A stretch of DNA of 64,000 nt from Fimbriosthenelais zetlandica (taxonomy: Eukaryota), in the NCBI GenBank assembly GCA_977030845.1, contig OZ365109.1, forward strand, positions 38,874,001 to 38,938,000, written 5' to 3'. Shown here piece by piece: positions 39,001 to 48,799 of this stretch. Both the position numbers and the translations under genes were made by a program. Every line of letters begins with the position of its first letter. Position 1 is the stretch's first letter. A model generated the notes under the pieces. That model did no database searches, was not told the origin of the DNA, and saw only the letters and a program-made list of their open reading frames with translations.

Positions 39001-42000
39001 ACTTTATTCACCTTGCTGTAAACTCTTGGAATCTCAAGTACTGCAGTGGTACATAAATTGAACTTTGGAAATCTTTTACAAAGAAAAATCGAACGCACTT
39101 TCCAGCAACTGTGAAAGGGATTTTCTAAAGAAACTCGCGCTTAGTATGGACAAGGGGTTCTATGGCTGTAAAAGGTAGAGCTTACATTGCAAGACAACAT
39201 GCTGCCATCAATGTTTTAACTCTTAATATAAGTTTATCACTGGGAAAAATGTCACCCGTAAAACTGTTGGGCAGCCTGTGAATCCTTTCATTGAGCTCGC
39301 CTCCCTGTGCGTCCTTTATTTAATTGCTTTGGGAGATTGCGTGGTGGCTTCGCGTGGAGTCTTTTCTTGAAGGGATAAATCTCTTTTTGTGCCTTTTTGC
39401 CAATAAAAAAATCATGTTTCAGCTGGCATATTTCATATTCTTGTCAGTAGCTGTGGTAGAAAATGCACCTTTTGGCCTGGACTATGGATATTTTCTGCAT
39501 GTCAGTAATATTTTAATATAGGGCTTATACAGTATGAATTGACTGACCTCAGAATGGGTCAAATATAATATGAAGAAAGCCTAGACCATACATAGAACAT
39601 ACATGTGACGTGACGTATTTTCATGAAATGAGTCTAAAGTCGCACAGGGCCATTCGGAACTACATGCCTGAAAGCGTTGTAAACAAACCACTTATTTCTC
39701 TCAACATGTTCGCAATAAAAGCAAGGATACGATATTTTTTCATATTTTTTTTGTGACTGAAATTGAGAAAAGTTCTACTTTGTGCGTTATGTCCCTTCAA
39801 TATTTCTTCAGTTGGACAGATAATTGTCTGAAATGGGTATATTCTCTAGTTTCTGCAGTCACTAATTTTATGCTTTGAAATTTTATTAAAACTATAAATA
39901 TTTTTCACATCTCCTTGTACTATATATATAATAATTGAAAAGCTCATAATCTCCTCTATGCGAATCTGCAACTAATTCTATTTTGGCCTCCTGCCTTACA
40001 CATCTACTTGATATCCCTGTTATCTACTTATGTAGATGTTAACCTTCCCAGACAGGAAACTTGTGCTGACCTGAGCAATTGAGCGAGTGGTGGACCCATA
40101 ACTTAATCAGGCTACTCGTGCCAAAAGCTCGGGACATACTCTGGGACTTATCATTCTACCAAGGTCTTCTTAAAACGCTGGCATTTAAGGCCTTGTAGAC
40201 TAGGTTCTGTATTGCCTACATATACTTTGGCTCCTCTCCAATGGCTACTGTAAAATCTCTGTATTCCTGGACAGAAATAGGTCGCTTCCGGTAGTAGGAG
40301 GTTATGTGGCTCTCATATTTTTTGTATTCTTTTCTAATTCGCCCTTCCATTAAGAAAGTGCCTTTTATGGTCAGGCTTCTTGGATCATATATTGTACATT
40401 TTTCCTACAATTTAGATCCGTAGTTTTATAGTACTTTTGATTTCCCCAGACCCTTCTTACTCAGGACTGGCAGTTTACACTTCAAGGGCAGAAATGGAAT
40501 AAAGTAGTACCTTGGCCTATGTATACAAAACCCTGAAAGATATTCTATTATAATTATAGACTTGCAAATTCCTCATATATATCTGATGTGAATTATGTTA
40601 AATTGATAAGAAGTGTCCAATATTTCCCTATTTAAACTAGTGATTTTAGCTCTTTTGGTTTTTTATCTGCCTCGCAGAATGAAACTATATTTAGTTTCAC
40701 ATTTTCACATCCTCTGGCGCCGAAATTAAGCAATCACTCTCTTTGTATTTTGTGGCAGAGTAAAAAAGACTGCAAAATAATGAGTTTTCAAAAATCACTG
40801 CCAAAACCTTAGAAAAAAGATGTAGGGACCCAAAGAAAATCTGTGATCTCTGACAATTGTTTAGCTCTTTGACATGGTGCTTGTTTTTTAAAGGGAAATC
40901 TCATTAAAGGTTGCCCTTTTGAAAGGCTTCATATCTAACTGACAGACCCAATTGATTGAACCCAGTTGGTGAAAATGTCAGGTTACAATTGAGACGACTT
41001 GAGCTGTGGGTCTACTATTGAACCGGCCTTCCTTGTTATGTCCTGTAGAAAGTGGTTTGAAAGAGACTTCCCAGTCTTTTATTGANNNNNNNNNNNNNNN
41101 NNNNNNNNNNNNNNNNNNNNNNNNNNNNNNNNNNNNNNNNNNNNNNNNNNNNNNNNNNNNNNNNNNNNNNNNNNNNNNNNNNNNNNNNNNNNNNNNNNNN
41201 NNNNNNNNNNNNNNNNNNNNNNNNNCATGTCCTTAAATCACCACTCATTCATTCCCTCTCTCTCATTTTAGTTTTGTTGTCTTCTATTGATCTTGTAACA
41301 GTGTTTTGTCCTTCGCTGTGAACGAAGAAAAAGTCTTCACCATGCAATTTACTATTGTACAGTTTCCCTCTTAAATCTATTTTGGGAGGACGCACGATCA
41401 GGCAACTCTTATTATAGACACATATGATATGAAATTATAATATAATCTCGGTGATGAATATGTCAACCTGAATTATACTTATAGTTGAACCAATCTATGT
41501 CAGATTGCCAGGGAGGAAATTTCAGTTAGACTGAATGATATATTTACTTCTTATAGAAACGTGGTAATTTTATTTTTATTTTATTTTAATTTTTACAAAT
41601 CTAATTTTTAGAAAACGAACACCGACCTGAAAATACACATTTGTATTGGGAATATTTTGTGCAAAGTTCTGTCAGAAATTTCAATATTGAAAAATCTCAA
41701 TAGTAGAGAGTAGCCTTCCATGCAGATCCTAACATTAAAATGTTACTCTCTTCCAGAATGATTGAATGAGTAAAAAGATCTGTATGATGACTAATGTTCC
41801 TTCACCGCCTCATTAATCTTAACTGCTCTTTACATGCAGACGATCATGATCATCGGTCAAATTGAGTTTCATCACTCTCCTTATCTATTTCCTTTCAAGA
41901 CATAATGACTCAAAATATGATAATGTAGGTTCTTCTGAGGCAGTGTCGAGATTTGTTTTCAATTTTTCGTTAAATTCTTTTATTTTAGTCGACAAGGTTG

Positions 42001-45000
42001 GTCGGTTTTCACTTACAAACAGGAGTCTAGCAATATATTATTTAAACATCTACATGACAACTATTATAAAATGCCATCCATAATGTACACACTGGGTAAA
42101 AATCATGAAACCAATGAATGGTACAGGCATCTTGGGAACTAAATAGTACAATGTATTTTGAATCGCTTACCTGAATCTCAATTCAACAGAAGTGTCCCTT
42201 CTTAATCCCTTCATTTTTCATAGTCTCTTTTGGAAGCGATGAGTATGAATATTCCCGCCATATTTTAAGCTCCAAGTCTTGAATTATTCATTACAGAACA
42301 ATAACATCTAAGATGTCTCCTCCTTAGATTCTATGCTTCTCTATCCTTGTCCAAAAAGCAATGATGGATGTCGTGAAAGTGAATCCTCTGACTATCACTC
42401 TGACAGTGTGAAGTCATCAACGACAGTGGTGTGGAGACGGGGAGGAGCCACGGAGAGACGAGAGACTGAGAGATAAGGAGAGAGAGAGAGACAGACAGGT
42501 TATTAAAAACGATAAAGAACAAATTATAGATAGATAGAAACGAGGGAGGTACCATGGAGGGAGGCAGGGACAGACAGACGGTGGTCTTGAAATATAGAAA
42601 CAGCACGTGCGTGAAAGGGCGTTAATTTCCCATTTGCTGTTAATAATTAGAACGATTCCTATTTCGGGTCTTCTCAGAACTGACTTCTCCAGACAAACAA
42701 TTCAAAAACCCGAGGAGAACCATGCCGTCTTGTTTACCAATGCATGGCTCTATCCTAGATGCAGCTGCTATCTATATTTAGCAGGCGGAGCAGCTCACAC
42801 TGGAGGAACCCTATGAGTTGAGGTTATTATTAAACAGCTCAACCTGATATCCTACATTTAGACCTGTTGACAAGTTTACGGAAGGAAGACCTCGCGCAGG
42901 AGCAAAAAAAAAACACCGATCCTTGTCCATTTCCTTGAAGCAGGGAGGTTGTAATACTTGACGGGTCTAAATGTCAAAGTCGTACTTCTTCATCTGTCTT
43001 TCCCTGTGATGTTTGGAAGTCTTGTAGCTTGTATGTATACACTGAGGGGACCACGTCTTTGATGAGAACTGAGTCTGACCAAACTCCACTAAATGATCTC
43101 AACTGTGAAACTTCAACTGAAAGCATAATACACAGTCCTTCCCGCATTGTAGGAATCATTCAAGGGGTTAGACCAATCTTCTCAGTTTAGACACCCTATA
43201 TATTTGGACCATTCATCCCTCTAGTTGGAGGTAACCATTAGAAAGCTAGGCAGAAGGCTATATATTCATCTCGTTCAAACTTCCCATATGGACTTGAAAA
43301 AAGGCCATAATATTTAGATATAATTGATCTAGGAACTCCATTCCATTCGGGGAAACAAATACATTATATATGAGGACCATAGTTTGAAACGTACATGTAT
43401 AATAGAAATCTTTAAAAGAAAGTTGGGCTTCTCTTACATGGCCTCTTTATTTTTTTGACACATTGGCCATTTAATTAATGAAAGGCATCATTTTGATTGT
43501 GATGGCTTTTTTTATATAAATTCATTTGTGAAGGTCACTTTACAAAAGGCTAAGGTTTTTTTTAATCTAAAGACAGTGGGATTAAAATCATGGCATATTA
43601 CCACAAGCTAAAATCGTGGTTAATGTAAAGGTTTTTTATTATTTATAAAAGGTCATGAATTTAGGTTGGAAACCACTATCCTGACTATGACAGTTGGACG
43701 TGGATTCACTTTTTATAGACTGTTTGATAGGATGGGACAAAAACAGTTATAGTTGTCATGATGGTGCCTAAACGTAGAGGGATTGTGCCTTAGTCATTCA
43801 GGATTCATTGCTCCGATTGTGCATGGAACCAGCGCGTGGAAATGGCGTGGCATTTTAGTCTATCTATATACCAGAGTACTGCTGTTTATTTCCATTACTT
43901 TGATTAGCCTCCCATGTTACATGGTTATGTGTGGCCCATCAGTCCTTATAAAGATAGGAACACACATTCAGGCAAGCGAATAACAAATTTATGTCAATTT
44001 TATGAGATATTATCAATTTTGAAGAATAATTCCTACAAATTACTCCACCAATGGCTACTGATTGCTGTGGATAGTGTAGTTACTGTGTATTAATGCTCTG
44101 TGATGGGTATTTATCTGCTCAAACAGATAATATGTTAAGGTATGCCTTGCTATGTTCTATTCTCCAATTCGTTCAACCCAATAGTAAATATTAAAATCAA
44201 TAGTAACTGTTATGGCCAGGAAAAGAAAATCTTGTCTGTTCTTGATCTCTTTGTGTGTTCCTGGCCTAAGACTCAGAAAGCAAGATTGGCGTTTATATGA
44301 AGCACACATAAGCGAATTACAAGCTTTGGGCGTGATTACAAATATACTATCGTGCTGCATCGCTTGCGAAAATCGCCTTCATGCTTAAGTTTGTAAAAGT
44401 TCCTCTGCAGATTACTGGTCAACAGGCATTAGATATGAATACATTGATTCTCCCTCATTGTTTTATGTAGCATTATTATCATACCCTCCTCTGTCTATTT
44501 ATCAGGGGCTATATTGAGGAGGATGAATGAGGCTAGGATTTTGAGTGCGGATGTCGGTCATCGCGGTACTCAGCTCAAGATGTCGCTGGTACTGGAGGGC
44601 AATCAGCGGGCCGCATTTAAACCGCGATGGTACAGCCGTGACTACGTGGTTACAGGAGAGCCCTACGCCGGGGGAGACAGGCACAATGGTGAAATAGCTG
44701 CTTTTACACTCAATAGGTACGTCACATTACTTTGTTTGTGATAATTTACTTTATAATTTTTTCTCATGGTTTCCTGTTACTTTGGAAATTAGGGAGAACC
44801 TAGAAAATTAGTTTCACTTTTTCCTGACAGGTAAAACTCGGGGAATTTGAGAATGATTCGAAAAATCAGGGAAAAGTCACGAAATTTGAGAAAGATTGGG
44901 AAAATTAGGGAAAACCCAAGCAATTCCAACACTGTATACAATCCCATGCCCACTACTGAAGTTCAGAGTGCTTCATATGACTAAATTATCTCCTGGAGTT

Positions 45001-48000
45001 TAAGGGCTTACTCGGTGAAAAATCAGGGAAAACTCAGGGAATTCTGTTTCCATCAAGTGCTAGGAACCCTGTAATAAATATTCATCAACGATGGTAACAA
45101 TTATGTGCTGGGGAATCCAAGTTATAGTTAGCTGCCGTGACACCCATATCAGTGAGGTGGCACGCATAATTTCTTCCTCAACTTCAGTTACTTCAACTTC
45201 CTCAAATTTTGTTACTTGTTGCCATGAGAGTTTTCTTCTTTGTTCCACTGGTTCCTCAATGACCGTTACCGTTATGTGGTGGTGAATCCATAGAAGATGA
45301 TACAATCATTTTTATTCCATATTATTTTCAATATTGATGGATTATTTGTCTTACAGGATTTTAGGATTACACAGGTCCCCACTCGTGACTGGAAGATTTA
45401 TAGATCTGGAAAAAGAAATAGTACCAGTTGCTTCTGCTCGTTTGCTGAAAACATTCTTCAAGAAGGGTAAGTTTTATAAGACATTGGTCACAGAGGTTTC
45501 TCTTGAGTCTCTTCCCCTTTTGGGTCCCTTGCTTGCTTGGCTTGATTGCACACACTCCCCCTAACAGTAAGCTCCTTGCTATGTCCTGGCTGATCCTAGG
45601 ATTCTTAATAAAGCTGTTATTTTCGGAGTTACTCGCATGAAAGAACAAGCCCATAAAATTATACCAAATTGAAGCTAAGACTCTCAGAACGGATACAGAT
45701 ACAGAACCAAAAATGAAAATTGGGTATTTCGTGTGGAATTGGAGTTATTAACTAAACTTAACTGTGAAGTGTTCTCCCTGCATACATGTGGTGGTTTTCC
45801 AATTGATGCAACAGTCACAAAGATGGCTTTATTTCCATGTTAAAACCTGAGGTGGAGCCACTGACTTGGGTCTCTTGTTTGCTACTCCTGAAATCCCTCC
45901 TGCTGTACACAGCACAATGTCAATGTCGAGACTGATTCTCCAAGCGATAGCTGCGCGAATCTATATTTCTGGTCACACTCAATGGTTGTAATTTTTTCAG
46001 TGGTTAGCCGTAACTAGGTGTAAATGACTGTAAAAATTACAAGCATTACATGCACTTTGAGATTTTTTTCAAAGTGCGTTGAGGTGGTCCCATATTTTAA
46101 CTCACTTTGACATTTTTTTTCATAATGCGTAATCAAAGCGAGTTGTTACACCCGGCAATATTGCTGTTCAAGCTTTTGGTGTCTAACGTTTCAACTATTT
46201 TTGTTACAGATGGTAATCAGTGTTTCTATGGGAAATGCCTGTACTGTAAGAGTGAATCAGATGGGGTTTGTGCTGAGGGAAGCCGTCTAGAGGGAGCTCT
46301 CGTTCTCTGGCTGCCCGCTCAGTGGAAGTTCACAATGCACAAACATCCCTGGTCGAGAACCTACCGTACCAACCAGAAGGCAGCGTACGTATTACTGATA
46401 ATGAATGGATATCTCTCATAGTCCATACAGCCCTGTCATATACCAATGATTTTACACTCAAAGAAAATGATATATCAAAGAAAATGATATATATCATTTT
46501 CTGGTGGGGTGTAATCGAGAATGTCTTTTGATATCTTAAATTATACTCCCTTGCTCAGATATAGGCCAGGCATGTCAAATACACCCAAAATATATTTCCA
46601 TATTAATGTGAAGTGTTCTCACTAAGTGAGTCTAAAGGGACAAAACTGGATTTTGAGTTTGTTGCAGATTCTTATAGGATTACTAGCGTTACATTGATAT
46701 ACGTGTATAGCACAAGGAGATGTGAATAATATTATATTTTTAATAACATTTCAAAAAGAAGTGACGACGGAAACTCGCGATAATGACCATTTCAGACAAT
46801 TTCCTGTTCAAATCGTAAAGAGACAACACACGCAAAGTCTAAGTTTTCTCAATTTCTCTCATAAAACTAGTGAAAACATTGTACTTGCTTATAATGCGAA
46901 AATGCTAAGATAAATAAATAGCTTGTGTAGTGCTGAATGGCCCTGTGCGGCTTTAGACTCATTTAGTGAAAACACATCACCTATGACTGTATTTGATGTA
47001 TGTTTTGTATTTTTGTACTAGGTGGGAGAGTTATGATGAGTACTGTACAGCTGTGAGGACCATGCCCGCCTTCTCCTCCGGTCCGCGGCTTCTCGATGTA
47101 ATCGACGCTAGCGTCTTTGACTATCTTATCGGTAATGCTGACCGACATCACTATGAGACGTTTAGAGGCTTTAACGACAGCATGCTGGTCATGCTGGATA
47201 GTGCTAAAAGGTACACTAACTTTATGTGTAAAACTTGATTGATGAATACCCTATTTGCCGGTATATAAACCGCACTTGACTATAAACCGCAACCCCTGGC
47301 CGCTCAGGTTAAAATCCATATATAAACTGCTGCTTTGTATAGAAATCCATGCAAAAATCCCTTCGTTTTATTAACCGGGGGCTGCGATTAAAAAAAATAC
47401 TCCGGCAAATACGGTAGTTTTTTTTGCTTTACTTTTTTTTTGCTTGATGACTAGATGACAATTTGAATTTGTATACTTCTTTTTCTCTATAAATTCTCTT
47501 GGGATACCCTACTGAAGTTGAAAAACGATAGTTTCAAAACTGTGCAGAAATTTATTCAGACGATTTATAAACTTCTGAAATTGGTTCTTAATGTTTGATA
47601 CTTACAGTTTTGGAAATCCACACTGGGACGAGAGGACCATCCTGGCTCCAGTCTACCAATGCTGTGTGTAAGTGTTACATTTTACCAGTATCAGTATCAA
47701 GTATAAGAGACATTGATCATATACTCTCTCTCATCCCCCTTTGGCATGTTACCTGGGTGGGTGTGGTGGTTTACCATACTGTGTATAAGGTGACAAACAT
47801 TGACTTTGCAAAGCATGAGTTTTTTTGTGAAGAGCTGATTGAAAGGGGAGGTTCGTTCTCCTTGTATATAATTTGCTGTTCTTGAAGCTTGGTTAAAAAT
47901 GAAGCCTTTTATATATTTTATATTATGTTTATTTATTTATTTATTTATTTTATATGTATTTATTTATATTATATATCCATTTATATACATAAAACATACA

Positions 48001-48799
48001 TAATGTCCGCTCGAAATCCGTGTCGCAGGGATCGAAAATTCGTTGAAAAAACGTCATGAAATTGAAGATTTATCCCGAGAGAAATTAAAATTAATCATGA
48101 AAAATTCATATTTTATGTGACTTGTTTCCACCGAGTCCTGCCGAATTAATACTAAGCCCATATTCCTGGCACTTTGTACTTATTTGTACGCCTTCGTTTA
48201 TCCCTCACTGATGCTTGGCACTACATGCTAGAAAAACATAAGGATTATGAAAAGTGACAGACAATTTAAAGATAGATTGTCTTCCAAAAGAAATAGGGCG
48301 CACTGTTCGGTCTTCAAAGATGTCTACTCCCTGTCAAATCTTCAATCTTTCAAGTTCACTTCCTCAACTTCCCATATGTCAAGTTTGTGTTGCATAACAC
48401 ATAATTTTTGTACATTGAGAATACGACCTTGTGTAATACTTGTCTTTTATATTTTATTATATCATATTGATATGATCCATGCATGGACCGCTATACTGTA
48501 ACATGTTCGACTTATGGATGAGTCTGAAATAAAGTACATGAACAAATAACTTTACTTTATTCTTATCTAGTATAAGGCGGAAAACGTGGGAGAGACTTCA
48601 ACTACTCAGAGAGGGTGTTTTGAGTACAGTCATGAAGGAAATCCTCTCATACGAGCCCCTAGCTCCAGTCGTCACTGACATGCACTACGAGGCCATGGAC
48701 AGACGGCTGGAATTCATACTGGATATACTCGAGGATTGCATGCAGAAATATACCACAGATAGGGTCCTGATTAAAGATAAATACACTGAGCCTACATGA
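8707..48799 (+). CDS. FAM20B: FAM20B glycosaminoglycan xylosylkinase, complete spliced gene, 435 aa
   Basis: join(8707-9040,44506-44716,45357-45466,46210-46384,47022-47210,47608-47667,48571-48799) = 1308 nt, all GT-AG, phases consistent, ends TGA. The protein has a type II signal anchor ([15 protein letters not shown]), [54 protein letters not shown], catalytic [14 protein letters not shown] and [18 protein letters not shown], matching FAM20B throughout. Confidence 0.96.
9255..9410. repeat. Degenerate minisatellite of ATTAGTAGACAT
   Basis: About 9 imperfect units. Confidence 0.85.
10595..10770. repeat. Tandem repeat, 3 units of ~52-61 bp
   Basis: CATTGTACT(G)ATAATA...TAGGTTCCC(A/T)GAG repeated. 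Confidence 0.85.
12533..12836 (+). mobile_element. tRNA-derived SINE, family S1
   Basis: A box TAGCTTAGTTGG, B box GGTTCAATCCC, body, A-rich tail; a closely similar copy lies at 21374-21660 on the opposite strand. Confidence 0.85.
13647..13848. mobile_element. MITE family B, degenerate inverted copy
   Basis: CACACTAACCCGATT...GAGAATCGGATGAGTGT. Confidence 0.65.
14265..14337. mobile_element. Mini-MITE family G
   Basis: Shares GGAATATT..TAGACTTAGCAT..TAATATTCCTT with 53828-53893; flanked by CAG/CAG. Confidence 0.72.
14822..15026. mobile_element. Hairpin MITE family A (PIF/Harbinger, Tourist-like)
   Basis: Inverted arms of ~90 bp, termini TGCCGGGCCC...GGGCCCGGCA, TTA target duplication. Confidence 0.88.
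17607..17848. mobile_element. MITE family C, with an internal ~38-bp duplication
   Basis: Same left TIR; degenerate right end. Confidence 0.8.
19584..19738. mobile_element. Tc1/mariner-type MITE family E
   Basis: TA-CAGTG start; core GGTCTCTATAAGGAGGTGGTCG shared with 63535-63701. Confidence 0.75.
21374..21660 (-). mobile_element. tRNA-derived SINE, family S1 (inverted copy)
   Basis: Its reverse complement aligns along the length of 12533-12836; a tail-only fragment also lies at ~20772-20822. Confidence 0.85.
23804..24026. mobile_element. MITE family C (PIF/Harbinger-type)
   Basis: TIR AGCCTGGACTCCACTGCTGCGATTTTGCTTGCGA, TAA target duplication. Confidence 0.88.
24818..25120 (+). mobile_element. 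tRNA-derived SINE, family S2, full length
   Basis: Head GGTGTAGTGGTTAG...GGTTCAAACC; core GATACCTCAGTGAGGCAGCACTAT; tail GTTGAAAGGTGACATTAAACAA. Confidence 0.85.
26811..27026. mobile_element. MITE family B
   Basis: Aligns to 35437-35645. Confidence 0.83.
27480..27700 (+). mobile_element. SINE family S2, 5'-truncated
   Basis: Aligns to the core and tail of 24818-25120. Confidence 0.8.
30723..30866. repeat. (ATCC)n microsatellite running into an assembly gap
   Basis: Seen directly; N-run 30867-31076 follows. Confidence 0.9.
30867..31076. other. Assembly gap
   Basis: Run of N. Confidence 1.
32192..32335. repeat. Loopless long palindrome (hairpin of ~140 bp)
   Basis: Perfect 19-bp arms around the centre at 32261/32262, then a perfect 28-bp stem and a further 14-bp stem. 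Confidence 0.9.
33246..33439. mobile_element. MITE family A
   Basis: Same arms, TTA target duplication. Confidence 0.85.
34115..34332 (+). mobile_element. SINE family S2, 3'-truncated
   Basis: tRNA head GGTGTAGTGGTTAG...GGTTCGAACC and core aligning to the other S2 copies. Confidence 0.8.
34362..34591. mobile_element. MITE with TIR GGCCCGACATC(T/C)AC next to a truncated SINE
   Basis: Terminal inverted repeats; GATC-rich interior. Confidence 0.7.
35437..35645. mobile_element. MITE family B (PIF/Harbinger-type)
   Basis: TIR AGCCTGGAACACACTAATCCGATTCTC, TAA target duplication. Confidence 0.87.
36049..36342. mobile_element. Family D copy
   Basis: Aligns to 37292-37559. Confidence 0.78.
37292..37559. 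mobile_element. Non-autonomous TIR element family D (CAGGGTTCCC...GGGAACCCTG)
   Basis: TIRs plus CAGGGAAAACTCAGGGAATT subrepeats; homologous copies at 36049-36342 and 44765-45071. Confidence 0.82.
37872..38098. mobile_element. MITE family F
   Basis: TIR TAGCC(A/T)GAACCCAC(T/G)GAGCT..ATCTCCCTAC.ATCTGC; second copy at 62455-62660. Confidence 0.8.
38185..38339 (-). CDS. Candidate distal alternative first coding exon of KCNT ([12 protein letters not shown]...GGEEYFSR)
   Basis: ATG at 38339, 51 open codons plus AG, donor AG|gtagga in phase 2, the same phase as the 4263 donor. It is preceded by a long low-complexity leader. Assignment to KCNT is inferred. Confidence 0.6.
39595..39800. repeat. Interspersed repeat; inverted homolog at ~46810-46990
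   Basis: Shares AAATGAGTCTAAAG.CGCACAGGGCCATTC and GAAATTGAGAAAA...ACTTTG with the second copy. Confidence 0.65.
41086..41225. other. Assembly gap
   Basis: Run of N. Confidence 1.
42171..42214 (-). CDS. Candidate distal alternative first coding exon of KCNT ([15 protein letters not shown])
   Basis: ATG at 42214, 14 codons plus AG, near-consensus donor CAG|gtaagc in phase 2. Assignment is inferred. Confidence 0.45.
44506..44716 (+). CDS. FAM20B: FAM20B coding exon 2
   Basis: tttatcag| [25 protein letters not shown]...AAFTLNR |gtacgt. Confidence 0.95.
44765..45071. mobile_element. Family D copy in a FAM20B intron
   Basis: Aligns to 37292-37559. Confidence 0.78.
45357..45466 (+). CDS. FAM20B: FAM20B coding exon 3
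   Basis: tcttacag| [36 protein letters not shown] |gtaagt. Confidence 0.95.
45934..46047. mobile_element. MITE family A fragment
   Basis: One arm plus the central segment. Confidence 0.7.
46210..46384 (+). CDS. FAM20B: FAM20B coding exon 4
   Basis: tgttacag| [13 protein letters not shown]...[13 protein letters not shown] |gtacgt. Confidence 0.95.
47022..47210 (+). CDS. FAM20B: FAM20B coding exon 5 (catalytic loop)
   Basis: tgtactag| WESYDEYC...[14 protein letters not shown]...MLDSAK |gtacac. Confidence 0.95.
47249..47414. mobile_element. pogo/Tc1-like MITE in a FAM20B intron
   Basis: TA-CCCTATTTGCCGG...CCGGCAAATACGG-TA. Confidence 0.72.
47608..47667 (+). CDS. FAM20B: FAM20B coding exon 6
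   Basis: acttacag| [20 protein letters not shown] |gtaagt; 60 nt, missed by the ORF track. Confidence 0.93.
48571..48799 (+). CDS. FAM20B: FAM20B last coding exon
   Basis: ttatctag| [17 protein letters not shown]...[13 protein letters not shown]. Confidence 0.93.
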
